IMG/VR virus record: IMGVR_UViG_3300044614_002195
Location: 64,001-128,000 of that record
DNA from: a virus
DNA length: 64,000 nucleotides
Reading direction: 5' to 3' (one strand)
Positions 20,501 to 27,765 of the stretch are shown one piece after another. Every line of letters starts with the position of its first letter. Positions within the stretch are counted from its first letter, which is position 1. Under the pieces are notes generated by a model. The model searched no databases and was not told where the DNA came from. It saw only the letters and a list, made by a program, of their open reading frames with translations. The position numbers and the translations under genes are program-made.

Positions 20501-21958
20501 ATAGTAAGAATACTAGCAGAAAATGCTGTAAATCTTAGCTACTACATTAATGATGCATACCAAGGCGCAATACCTTACCCTCCTGATGGGTACATAGCCA
20601 TTTGCCCGAGTGAATTTCCAGATGCAAGTATAAGCTTTTTGAATGGGGGAAATTTACAAATTAAAGCAACCACCAGCAATGTGAGTGGTACGTCGGCTGA
20701 GGTTATACAAGACTTTACATATCAGCCTGCAGCAAACGTACTTAATTTTACTCCTCCCCTCGTTACGCTATTATCTGCAACTGCAGGCGTAAATAACTGC
20801 GCAATAACGTTCAGTACGTCCTGTGGGTTAGCGGGCTCAATAAGCTACAAGTGTCGCATAACCGAAACTGATACATTTACATTCAGGGAACTCAGTGTTC
20901 CGACCCCCACGTTTTCCAACGGAGTTTTCAGTGCTACAATCCTGAATCTAATTACAGGTGTAAATTACATAATAGAATTACAGGCTGACTACTACGGAGT
21001 ACGTTCAGTAGCTTGGAGTAAAGGTCTGCATTCAGGAATTATAGTTGGTCCTCCTACAGCCCCTAAAAATCTGTCAGTGGTACCTGCGAATAACTCACTA
21101 ATAGTTAGCTTTCCTGTAGTCAGCGCAGCCACCAGCTATAGGTACAACACCAAAACAGGAACAAACCCAGCAACACAAGATCAAACAGTAACCCATACTA
21201 CGACCGCAGGAATTGTCAGCTTTACAATACCTAATCTAACTAACGGAACACTGTATCTAGTTAAGGTCAAAGCTGTAAATTCTTACGGTGCAAGCCCAGA
21301 TAGCTCAGGAGCAAACGGCATCCCTGCAAATGTACCGTCTACAATAAACACTGATAAGATAGCATTAACTCGTGGAGACCAACAAGTTAATGTCAATATC
21401 TCCCCGCTTCCAGCAAATAATGGAAGCCCTATACAAAAGTTTAAATATTCGTTGGACGGGGGCAGCAATAGTGTTTTGACCGTAAGTACATCGCTACCCA
21501 TAACAATCACATCATGGCAAGGGAGTCCTCTACAAAATGGAGCAAGTTATTCTTTGATTATTGCAGCTGTAAATGCCGCAGGAGCTGGAGTCTACTCGAA
21601 CGTAGTCTCTTTTGTTCCAGCTAAAGTTCCCTCAGCGCCTGCACTAAATGAATCTGTAATTAACGGAAGCTTGAGTGCGATTATACGATTTACAGCCCCC
21701 ACAGATGCAGGCGGCCTGGAAATAACAAATTACGAATACTCGACAGACAATGGCGCTACTTACAAGGCCCTTAGCCCAGCAAGCGCAGTCCCGTCAGTTG
21801 AAGGTTATGCCGGGTTGGCCATAAGAATCACACAGAGGTCTTCTGGTGTAGGCTTATTACTACAGGCTAATACTTTTTATGTTATAAAAGTTAGAGCAGT
21901 GAACGCTGTAGGTCCTGGAGTAGCCTCAAACTACGTAGTAGCTCAACCTACAGCTTAA
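11501..21958 (+). CDS. Giant tail fibre/adhesin (3485 aa): paralog N-domain, putative-Ig repeats, carboxypeptidase-regulatory-like beta-sandwiches, Fn3 repeats, collagen-like GAT inserts
   Basis: Repeats of GLPAGLTFNEATGAITG type; TGSVLDDQGSGVAGV...DGTYSLSDIPSGTFNV type; PSAP...YEYSTDNG...YVIKVRAVNAVG (Fn3) type. Confidence 0.75.
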   Translation: MAALEYLTQNSLTAYPFRRSRPAFTTNLQQENYTESLVSDEWFYDIIFVSYSTSIRSVYVSSIEKTEDGRLILGFSNAETLQLIDNRLIEVPADKLENHLNNRAQSFFPVTSTSFSVKIVFGAGLVGSTAFSYTYNLAQTLLAASAVIPCPPKLLSLTFKAFQSERNESGQVISELVPIITYTPSDYSPIWRFGHNLNFALESLNYGGISVEPGGGMGLFDSCTPAGDITDVYTVSNVSPNDEGSLFLNTLACQSLNLLSENDKSFLTLTNQLDNYSEDIIIAGHSLTLKNFCEAKCPRENINAFAHYINRVADAASEISKIAFLDKETRGLGTPTTDIFNASSFCVSNLAEAGATGASSQFNNPFLRCTEVTEPIDTFIDCNASFIKYFHEFRTLQIFYNSVTTRSFIILEVIDENTVRLNESPTAGQNLWFRVKDNGVISNMNCATLAHNQKIELAKKTYFKVRYTTSETQDYDGSQVTVTSLSIGIYNPSALGITSVRVDFNVSPKLTQVGAIKVRKKETVDLMNTAEAVLGCKEYAIVEVAYKIACGEVDADISIQVMDTTGAVEEQIGETYYIPSINGALCVDSPIGATKVTRQLKHSQVTSDFVYPPLPSVVTPQEEWTTSNVTIIGDAPAGFAVSAYQPWTWPSQQNAVEICQTYPKYCLLNGNPLLACGWIKLFYALVPSEIPDNNKSKRYEIIFRNTTASAEELGNLGAYAPLPKYNYSKVVIIWLASPVILSPLGVNYTESNPALIDYDTTYTDENPLLTVSVDNMLRFSEAFPGDDEAYYYIVTGLPAGLTFNEATGAITGKISSDAPSGEKIAITISAHNPDGYAQNPQTIYLQPELRAVPEISLDLTTPGPTFDIDNLTVYTTVASFYKINTVNLPILYYRIYFGAGQSLPNGLYFDQAVGLITGRITSNTAGSLSFEITAINRFGESDRLAISINYEIFSRPQITAPTASQYFNLLFNSVYTIESPLFTITATQAFGGTDNFAEGLTDLTRNSYTADAWNGTSGIPPGFFLDQYTGKFYGVLDSAEIPTDLVPVTYPIFLKATNPLGQSEKLVYLVLGSPEGAPVISTGSTITIARNTEYTLASPLFTISATGDPDTYAATGLPAGLTCDESTGKIIGSVNSSLYAGVYTVTLEAQNDYGSAAPITRLIKVPLTSPTISPADTYTIFVGATYANIFTVTPPQIIGGEISNISLSQIPPGLSFTNNTLSGIPTNTGNFNISVTASSLTLGISRSTVAISISRQLYTMTGSVLDDQGSGVAGVGIVMRGATGAITSNDGTYSLSDIPSGTFNVTAVKAEAIITPTRKSATFPPTGGGSTLSGINFTAVGPLRLITGTLKNSVDQTPIANAVINDSFQIVRTNSYGQFELYTSRNAVTLTLTASNYIIPDQQVNAGSTSVILNMLGNPIYSLAGTITAEENIQGSIQVTAINTVTEEEFSTQSLITNNTAYYYLDLKSGTYTILPSSNSPQGFSFFGLPASVTMNVSRIVNFSANKPGKIYGTVGYVRTNSQDYTFPLPGAVVSASLNTNAQAGPGLSYIGNIGSTGSASATTNSLGEYILENLTYGTYIITTQLEGYTFAVGSAELGTQATALVNFIPSQAFDISGRVYGDTAKSINLYIARVYLKEVSTGKLYRTGTNLNDGTYIIRNVPSSVNYSVEPLDYVLSAELIGCTFTLESDPSGKVSVNNSSLFAKDFILDSVLPILPPTPEIENIQLASNREATVYYNIGTSNEGCPVIEKYYAISETPGATGATGATGPSWVLIPSAYGATGATGSTTPGFEGGVAGATGSTGATGATGATGATGTFFIIPNTSIVLGKDYDIKLKSVNLYGETISSQYSLTTPKPPEAPTITSSTVLYTVPPGLSVEYTAPTETYGYSITRYEWRYRVTADLLTGAVFNSPAWTAWVATPSLSPSPLIITNIPTARIIDIQLRAVSTIGSGVSSNILQDITVASSPVTPNNFIFPEGYDKRTPEMLAEGGGIKVYFYQGANGGSEITDIEYSLDGEVTTVSTGLQPQINTYNYFIILGLTGGQTYTVKIRAVNARGYSSWLTYNSKKIIAKPISLALKPEHLVVHSPNLYLNLSSTDDIFDTGGALRIASCVFDIAVDNDSWSPDPLNPDEARTLENSGLVMLSDNQSYGNYFSPKTIVLAPLNTTYTQLYSFLDDRTYYVRCTPTNNENLTGEPSPFTSVTIAASLPTIAAPIKIRTVPGEGSLRVTAATAARSILLEEAGGAEPNLYPGSWEFINTLPPLRSEANETLRFAVEVRDPLDLETLISTHYIYPTYTYGGDFDLPSSVRRYLRRSYFAPPVDDFWGNITGLSEGQQYKLTYYMENPIGQGPKSNIFITTSRVGTPQSFVGVTFGTPDMFNTIPVSFSLSYYISTDYPSSLVQYAVYPNDESTSLYYSIDDGETYILIDNYVASEGDIDTAWLGVLEENPDWYPYELLETVDWTIFAPDFVGYDWERTLENGGLIYPPEGTIRTLDNGGYYPGALRERRLDNGGYIYNLSEPRTVANGGLLPNTAKLNCMLPTPNNGAYQATYLIKASNNLGDGVVLSFYSFRRTPTEAVLPTSLSDIQQAQGQLTFSASDQENYSSPTMLRCSFANTLIVYEAPLTNPFVWTDIPSGTYSGGIIIEAYNNAGTGARSEISGTVVIATPSQPILTYNATYNGPIDLVIGRPTSTAGQAITFYEITVTTQEEYGDSWQDKGIRQASVAYTGQITNYTINTTGYVVKINTRFLVVARARNQYDTGISASLFVYPHMYGSIPSSYSVTPGADKYTLSWRLGYTGNLPGGFKINGEILGTPHTFTGEPGLLNRLYTKEVPTQIYTTQTYVLEQYNSAGLSVNTSGQPQPLTVYAQGAYSPAPPLITQALQYSENTYQINIAVNPLWKTTINNKTIEYKFWVENETNFNDAPVQGPYPWGSTNTNELYLPDLVQGVTYKFACRLAYAYGGYGLRYTEYTEAISISLMPNTSISGISMDQYANALIVRILAENAVNLSYYINDAYQGAIPYPPDGYIAICPSEFPDASISFLNGGNLQIKATTSNVSGTSAEVIQDFTYQPAANVLNFTPPLVTLLSATAGVNNCAITFSTSCGLAGSISYKCRITETDTFTFRELSVPTPTFSNGVFSATILNLITGVNYIIELQADYYGVRSVAWSKGLHSGIIVGPPTAPKNLSVVPANNSLIVSFPVVSAATSYRYNTKTGTNPATQDQTVTHTTTAGIVSFTIPNLTNGTLYLVKVKAVNSYGASPDSSGANGIPANVPSTINTDKIALTRGDQQVNVNISPLPANNGSPIQKFKYSLDGGSNSVLTVSTSLPITITSWQGSPLQNGASYSLIIAAVNAAGAGVYSNVVSFVPAKVPSAPALNESVINGSLSAIIRFTAPTDAGGLEITNYEYSTDNGATYKALSPASAVPSVEGYAGLAIRITQRSSGVGLLLQANTFYVIKVRAVNAVGPGVASNYVVAQPTA
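16781..16954 (+). repeat. Collagen-like (Gly-Ala-Thr)n coding repeats; 9-bp GGAGCAACA units in three blocks
   Basis: GGAGCAACA x3 at 16781, two units at 16841, x4 at 16913. Confidence 0.9.
18932..19099 (+). repeat. Four degenerate R-x-L-D/E-N-G-G peptide repeats
   Basis: RTLENGG, RTLDNGG, RRLDNGG and RTVANGG, about 14-15 aa apart. Confidence 0.75.
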
Positions 21959-22006
21959 ACGTAATTTTTCTTGATCACTAGCGTCCTTAAGTAATATTAT
22001 AAATTT

Positions 22007-24487
22007 ATGTCCATTATTGCCTTAGGATTTAACAATAAAAATCAATTCAGGAAATTTCCTCTTAAGCAGGGCAGCATTTTTAAATCAACGTCAGGCCACA
22101 TAGTTCCAGACGAGCTATTGGTAAATTGCTCATTAACATCTGTGTATGGTAGACATAGAGTATACATTAAACAAACAACTTTCATAAAAAATACTTTAAG
22201 TATAGCTATAGCGTCCTGGTTTGACGGCAGTCTATTAGGTGTTTTTTCTGGCCAAATAAGCTCAGAAGGTAATACTGTATTAACATTAAAAGCGTTTGAG
22301 CGGTTTGTTTCAGGTAATATCTCTATAGGTAAAATAGATAACTTTATACTCTTGCCTTCAGCTTTAACATTTGAGCGAGAAGCCACCGAGCTAGAAGAAT
22401 CAGTCATATTCTGCTATACTCCACCGGCAGTTAAAAGTATATCAGATAAACTGAATACAGAGCTTAGAGGTAGTGTAAATTTTGGAAACTTATTAAATTT
22501 AACAAAAAACACAGAGAATAAATTTACTAAATTTGCAGTTAATAATTTTAACAACATTATCAATAGCGCAGACAAGTCATCTTATTTAGACAATTGCGAT
22601 ACACCAAAAATTAAAAGTATAAATAATGCAAAGCCAGCTGTGCTTGGGGGAGATTCGACAAATACAGGAAACATTTATTTCATAGGAGTTAAACCTTTAA
22701 CATTTTCAGGTATACCTGCGGGAAATACCAACACGCCTGAAAACGGCTCGATTTTTGTGGACTCTCCAGATTTAACACTTAATGATGTGTGCGTTTTAAA
22801 GCACAGTATATTACCTCCTGTAGATATATCCGGGTTCTCGCTGAATAGCTCGGAATTTATAAATAAATATTACAGTAAGCCGGCATTACCAGCTGTACCT
22901 GCCAACCCTGAAGATAAAAATTATCCGTTATATCGTCCACAAAGATTTGCGGGGAATGTATACTCTACAAATTTACCTGAGTTCTATTACTGGCCGCAAT
23001 TTGCGCAATCGGAATACTATTACAGCTGGAACACCCCAGAATCACCAGGAGCAACAGGCGCTACCGGCGCCACCGGCGCAACAGGCTCATCCGGCTCAAC
23101 AGGAGCAACGGGAGACCAAAACCCAGCCTACGGTACTCCACTGCAGTTAGGTGTTACCAGTTATATATCAATAGACGGAAAAAACTACAGAAATGGTACT
23201 TATACTGTTTTTGCGGACGGTAATGGAGGCACCTATACAGGTAATTTCGTTAGACCTGTGAGCGGAGTTGTCTTAGGTATAGAGTTTAATTATCTTATAA
23301 TTGAAGAAGAGAATGTTAAAGTAATCAATGGAAGAAAAACATATACAGCTGATGGCCTAGGAGGATACAGCACTCAAACGCAATGCCCTGAAAGCGGCAC
23401 GCTACTTTTTTCTAGAGATAATGGAGATCTTTATACAGCCAATGGTGAGTGTGGTAGTTTATTTACTTCAGGGCTATCAGAAAATAGAACCGAGAGTCTT
23501 TTGACAAATTACGCAGAAGTAGGCGGTGAAATTTGCGCACTGAGCCAGTTAGTAGTTAATACTGAAAATGGAGAGCAAACATATCTAGTTAAAGATTTGA
23601 CTGAAGGGCAGATAGTTAGGTCTGTTAATTATTATATAACTGACAGTAATAACCCTGAGCGTATAGGTGGAGCGTATACACGTATAGACTATATCTTTTC
23701 AGAAGGACAAATTGTCGCAGAACAAATATGCCCTGATGCGAATGTGGAGCTATTCAGATCTCAAGATGGTTATAAATATGTAACTGACGGTAGCTGTAAT
23801 TACAGTGTGGCTAGGCTTCTGCCTGAAGACTTTGAAGGAAACCAGTACCCATCGAAGGGCACCTCGCTAGGGTCTCAGCGCTGGCTTGTATACGTATTAG
23901 ATGAGACTTTTGATATAGGTGCAATTGAAAAGATAGCCGACGGCAATGGTGGCTACTCTGAAGTGCAAACAGTAGAGCGTGTCGGGTATTTAAAAACAAA
24001 AGATATATTTACTAAAATACAAGAAAACTACTTCAAAGTAGGTACGGAAGATTACGCTGTGAATCCAGACGGATCCTTATATTATACTACTACGTATATT
24101 CCGGTTAATACCTTCCTGTGGGCGTTTGCAGGAGTATATTACTACACGAACGGTTTTGGAGGGTATAATGAAATTGACACGCGTAGCGCTCCCGCAACAC
24201 CTTCCCTACTAAATGTAACCAGCGAAAACGGAAATATACTTATAACCTTTACAATAGGACAAAATGAGAGTCTAAAGAACCCAAACTACATGTACAGTAC
24301 TGACGGCGGCGTAACGTACGTAGACGTAAGCCACATAATGCAAGACAACACCGGCAGTATTTCTATTACATCACAGAGCAATAATGCTCAACAATTGAGA
24401 ACAAATATTCTTTATAGGGTCAGAATCAAAGCGTATAATCAATACGCAACAAGCCCCGCTAGCTCCGTAGTCACAATTACTCTGTAA
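22007..24487 (+). CDS. Second fibre/adhesin (826 aa): paralog N-domain, GAT collagen-like linker, DGxGGY repeats, C-terminal Fn3
   Basis: LGFNNKNQFRKFP N-terminus; GATGATGATGATGSSGSTGATG; APATPSLL...YMYSTDGG...YRVRIKAYN. Confidence 0.65.
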   Translation: MSIIALGFNNKNQFRKFPLKQGSIFKSTSGHIVPDELLVNCSLTSVYGRHRVYIKQTTFIKNTLSIAIASWFDGSLLGVFSGQISSEGNTVLTLKAFERFVSGNISIGKIDNFILLPSALTFEREATELEESVIFCYTPPAVKSISDKLNTELRGSVNFGNLLNLTKNTENKFTKFAVNNFNNIINSADKSSYLDNCDTPKIKSINNAKPAVLGGDSTNTGNIYFIGVKPLTFSGIPAGNTNTPENGSIFVDSPDLTLNDVCVLKHSILPPVDISGFSLNSSEFINKYYSKPALPAVPANPEDKNYPLYRPQRFAGNVYSTNLPEFYYWPQFAQSEYYYSWNTPESPGATGATGATGATGSSGSTGATGDQNPAYGTPLQLGVTSYISIDGKNYRNGTYTVFADGNGGTYTGNFVRPVSGVVLGIEFNYLIIEEENVKVINGRKTYTADGLGGYSTQTQCPESGTLLFSRDNGDLYTANGECGSLFTSGLSENRTESLLTNYAEVGGEICALSQLVVNTENGEQTYLVKDLTEGQIVRSVNYYITDSNNPERIGGAYTRIDYIFSEGQIVAEQICPDANVELFRSQDGYKYVTDGSCNYSVARLLPEDFEGNQYPSKGTSLGSQRWLVYVLDETFDIGAIEKIADGNGGYSEVQTVERVGYLKTKDIFTKIQENYFKVGTEDYAVNPDGSLYYTTTYIPVNTFLWAFAGVYYYTNGFGGYNEIDTRSAPATPSLLNVTSENGNILITFTIGQNESLKNPNYMYSTDGGVTYVDVSHIMQDNTGSISITSQSNNAQQLRTNILYRVRIKAYNQYATSPASSVVTITL
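23048..23113 (+). repeat. Collagen-like GAT/GSS/GST repeat
   Basis: GATGATGATGATGSSGSTGATG, encoded with varied synonymous codons. Confidence 0.85.
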
Positions 24488-24492
24488 AAAAT

Positions 24493-25221
24493 ATGGCCGT
24501 ATATAATTCACTAAGCTGGCAAAATGAAAATGCGCTATCAGGCTATCCCTTTGACGAGGATTTTGAAGTTAACGATTTTATTGTAGATGCGACCTTTATA
24601 CAATTTGACGGATATATACCTACATTGAGCTCTGTCTTTGTAGACAAAGACTATATATCTCTTGATATTATTTTTGATACAAAAGAAACACTCACAGTTA
24701 AATTTCATAAGAGTACCTATAACCTAGGTGTAGCGTACCGAAAAGTTAAAATATACGATCTTGTAACAGATAGGTATTTCGGAGTGATAACGTTCGGTGC
24801 AGGCGCAGAAACCCTGTGGAGCACGTATGTAGGTAGAAAGATAACGCAAACCAGAAAATTTTTACCTTCAACCGTAAGAAGCATACCATTCAACGATGCT
24901 GTTTATCTTTTTGACGGTATGTTTGGAGATTTATCGCTATCTAGAGTATTAGAAGATAAAGCTATTTTCTATAATACATATAAAGATACCGTTAATAATA
25001 AGTGCTCGATTGTGTTCAATGCTGTCTATGGTCACGCACCACTTGTCGCTGACCCCGGTGTGTTAAGAAAGATAAACCTTGTTGGTCCTGTTAATAATAA
25101 TATAAATTTAGCTGCCAACGACGTTATTAAGATTACGCAGGTAGACAACGCATATTTAAGCATGGATCTTGTCTCAGGAGCTTCGGACAAGACGTTTTCT
25201 TTACCTACGCTATTCTCATAA
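24493..25221 (+). CDS. Tail/baseplate protein, paralog 4
   Basis: LSWQNENALSGYPF; RKINLVGPVNNNINL. Confidence 0.55.
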   Translation: MAVYNSLSWQNENALSGYPFDEDFEVNDFIVDATFIQFDGYIPTLSSVFVDKDYISLDIIFDTKETLTVKFHKSTYNLGVAYRKVKIYDLVTDRYFGVITFGAGAETLWSTYVGRKITQTRKFLPSTVRSIPFNDAVYLFDGMFGDLSLSRVLEDKAIFYNTYKDTVNNKCSIVFNAVYGHAPLVADPGVLRKINLVGPVNNNINLAANDVIKITQVDNAYLSMDLVSGASDKTFSLPTLFS

Positions 25222-25233
25222 CAAATTAGTACT

Positions 25234-26136
25234 ATGGAACAGGTTTTAGATTGGCTTAACGAAAATGAAAACAGGGCTTATCCTTTATTGGAAGAAAGCA
25301 ACAATAGAAATTTTAAACTTTTTGATAATACCTATTGGTTGATGCCGGACAACTTTATACTAGATGCTCAATTAATATATTTAAAAGACAAGTTAAATGC
25401 CCCAGTGATAATTAAAAAAATAGCATCATCATCCACTCTAGGAGTTGAGGTAGTGTTTGGTACACAGGTAAGCAACATAGCCAAATTCAACATATCATTA
25501 GCTACGTTAGCCTCAGCTGAGTTTCCTTTATATGTAAGAAAATCTTCAGGCTCCCTGGCCGTGTTTGGTGAAGGTATTCTAGACTTTTTTAACTTATGTG
25601 GAGACAGGGAAGTCGAGTTATATCCCAATGCACCTTTAGAGCCTGGCGTTTGCTTTGAATTAAACGAGCCATGGTTAGGAGTAAACAGTATACAAGTGTC
25701 TCCTGAAAAATTAAGCAATTTAAACAGTGTGTCAGTTTTTCGCCCTCTGTTAGATGTAGGATTACCGACCTCGGCGGTGGGAGACGTTAAATTTTTAGAA
25801 GGCTATCATTTTAATGTAGTGGTTAGGTCAGGTTTAGTAGACCTTGCTGTAGGGAGAGATTACGGCATACCTATCGACTGCTCTACATCATTTTTACTTG
25901 AAAAATATCTTGATTGTTCAAGTATTATTTCGTACATAAATGGAATACCTCCTACAGACAATGGAGACTTCACCATATTTGCAGGAGCTAACATAACAAT
26001 AACCCCAGGAAATATTGCAGGTAACTTTGAAGATCCGTTTTTAGAGAGCGCTCAAAACAACACATTGTTTATAGGGCTGAACTTTAAAGCTGAAGAAATC
26101 TGTAAACCGGTCAACATCATACCGTCATTAGTATAA
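25234..26136 (+). CDS. Tail/baseplate protein, paralog 5
   Basis: LDWLNENENRAYPL; YINGIPPTDNGDFTI. Confidence 0.55.
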   Translation: MEQVLDWLNENENRAYPLLEESNNRNFKLFDNTYWLMPDNFILDAQLIYLKDKLNAPVIIKKIASSSTLGVEVVFGTQVSNIAKFNISLATLASAEFPLYVRKSSGSLAVFGEGILDFFNLCGDREVELYPNAPLEPGVCFELNEPWLGVNSIQVSPEKLSNLNSVSVFRPLLDVGLPTSAVGDVKFLEGYHFNVVVRSGLVDLAVGRDYGIPIDCSTSFLLEKYLDCSSIISYINGIPPTDNGDFTIFAGANITITPGNIAGNFEDPFLESAQNNTLFIGLNFKAEEICKPVNIIPSLV

Positions 26137-26137
26137 T

Positions 26138-26473
26138 ATGGCTAACGTAGACAATAACCCAAAAGTAAAGCGACTTGTTTTTACAAGCGTATCTCAAATA
26201 TTACATCTAGTTAAAAACAACCCAGAGGTAATTAAAGCTATACCTAAGCTTGCAGGATTACAGGACGCTCCGAGCCAAACACCGCAGCCTTCCTGTAACT
26301 GCAAAAAAAATGTAACTGCACTAGACGCGCAAAAGAAACAAACTGTAGAGCAGGCATTGAATTCGTTAGAAGCTTCAGATTTTTTAACTATTAAAAATAT
26401 TTTACAGCTAGATCAATTATGTTACTATAAAAGGAACGCAACCACAAAAGCGTTGGATCTAATCTGTATTTAA
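26138..26473 (+). CDS. Hypothetical protein with SCNC motif
   Basis: 111-aa ORF, 1 bp after the previous stop. Confidence 0.6.
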   Translation: MANVDNNPKVKRLVFTSVSQILHLVKNNPEVIKAIPKLAGLQDAPSQTPQPSCNCKKNVTALDAQKKQTVEQALNSLEASDFLTIKNILQLDQLCYYKRNATTKALDLICI

Positions 26474-26474
26474 T

Positions 26475-27191
26475 ATGCCTGATAATATAACACCGCAGTT
26501 TTTTACACCAGATGCGCAAGGAGATCCTGCTTACGTATATAAGGTAATAGAGAATAACGCGGAGTTATTTAAAAAATCAGAAATAAGAGTAAGAGGCAAT
26601 CAATCAGAGCTTTTAAACAGGCAGAACGCAGCTGTGGACCATATTCCAGGTATTCCATTTGAACGTGGAATACCTAACCCAGCTCTCTTCTATCAGGGAG
26701 AAGATATGGTGTACGATCTGTTTTTGTACGACGCAGGTGCCCCTGCGTCCTTCGAGGACTATGATATAACTGCACTAGTTAAAACAAGCCCTAGAGCAAA
26801 AAATGTCGTATGGCAGGGTAAAATTGATTCAGGTATTTTTACGAATAACGACAATCTGCCTGGGTATTATGAGCTGTGGATTCCTGCCTCAGCTACAGCA
26901 TTAATGCTTGCAGGTACTTACTATATAGATATTCTGCTCACGGAAAAGATGGGTAAGACAGGGGGCAGATATGACCGCAAGAAGGTGCTGCTGCAGACTG
27001 TGTTTAATATTGAGTACAGTAACTTCTCACCAGCACCAGAGGCTGTAGGTAGTGACAATACCGCCCCCAGCAGATCTTCGGTAGAGGAAACGTGGCCTAA
27101 TAAGCCTGATACCGTAGGAAGATCTATAGATAAGTTAAATCAGTATACTGCGCCAACCGGGAAAGGCACAGATGTGACTGCTAATCAATAA
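26475..27191 (+). CDS. Beta-sandwich virion protein (BppU-N-like)
   Basis: YDLFLYDAGAPASFEDYDITALVK...YELWIPASATALMLAGTYYIDILL resembles this fold family. Confidence 0.4.
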   Translation: MPDNITPQFFTPDAQGDPAYVYKVIENNAELFKKSEIRVRGNQSELLNRQNAAVDHIPGIPFERGIPNPALFYQGEDMVYDLFLYDAGAPASFEDYDITALVKTSPRAKNVVWQGKIDSGIFTNNDNLPGYYELWIPASATALMLAGTYYIDILLTEKMGKTGGRYDRKKVLLQTVFNIEYSNFSPAPEAVGSDNTAPSRSSVEETWPNKPDTVGRSIDKLNQYTAPTGKGTDVTANQ

Positions 27192-27221
27192 GTCACCCCA
27201 GGAAGGTATTCATCCTTTTTG

Positions 27222-27230
27222 TGGTATAAT
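27222..27230 (+). promoter_or_regulatory. Extended -10 promoter TGGTATAAT
   Basis: Perfect TGnTATAAT in the intergenic gap, preceded by a T-run; same motif recurs at 27751. Confidence 0.6.
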
Positions 27231-27284
27231 ATATTGAACCCGCTGCTTTGCTTTCAGCAGAGTAGTTGAAACCTAATAAATCAA

Positions 27285-27458
27285 ATGAATAAAATTGAAA
27301 AAATCCAAGAGATGGCGGAAGGATTGCCTACCTCTGAGATTGATAAATTGCTTGAGCAGCTAAACCTGCTTAAGCAGGTAAGAAAGAGCACCCATACGAG
27401 AGTAAAGGCCAGGGTAGTACTGGCGAGCAATTCCATTCATCCAGCTTGTAAATCATGA
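27285..27458 (+). CDS. Small hypothetical protein (57 aa, MNKIEKIQEM...), absent from the ORF track
   Basis: Downstream of the promoter; ATGA overlap with the next gene. Confidence 0.55.
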   Translation: MNKIEKIQEMAEGLPTSEIDKLLEQLNLLKQVRKSTHTRVKARVVLASNSIHPACKS

Positions 27459-27724
27459 ATACTTATTACAGACTGAGTCTATTGACTGCGCTAGTCACGC
27501 TAGCCATATCCTTCTACACTGCAGGGTATATCCACGGCGTAAAAACCGCAGAAAAAGGCTGGCAGGCAAGATTAATCTCGGCGGACTACGCAGAGTACAA
27601 CAAACGCACAGGCGGATGGGAACTGCGTAACATGGATGAAGTTGTCACATCGGCACTAATCCTTGGAAGAGGCAAACTTCCAGAAGAGAAAGAGAAGATC
27701 GAGCATTCTTTACTCAAGAAATAG
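27455..27724 (+). CDS. Small protein with N-terminal transmembrane/signal segment
   Basis: Hydrophobic LSLLTALVTLAISFYTAGY. Confidence 0.6.
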   Translation: MNTYYRLSLLTALVTLAISFYTAGYIHGVKTAEKGWQARLISADYAEYNKRTGGWELRNMDEVVTSALILGRGKLPEEKEKIEHSLLKK

Positions 27725-27750
27725 ACCTTCTCTCCGTTTTATATTATTTT

Positions 27751-27759
27751 TGGTATAAT
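27751..27759 (+). promoter_or_regulatory. Extended -10 promoter TGGTATAAT
   Basis: TTTTTGGTATAATA, near-identical to the site at 27222. Confidence 0.6.
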
Positions 27760-27765
27760 ACTATA

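Noticed and set aside
11501-24487. Diversity-generating retroelement acting on the fibres
   Set aside because: No reverse transcriptase in the window and no template/variable repeat pair differing at adenines was seen; the two Fn3 C-termini are similar only at protein level.
661-27191. Extracellular contractile injection system or tailocin instead of a phage
   Set aside because: Terminase, primase, helicase and polymerase are on the same contig, with phage-like gene packing.
27455-27724. Spanin or holin call for the TM protein
   Set aside because: No adjacent endolysin or lipoprotein partner and too little coiled coil; left as hypothetical.
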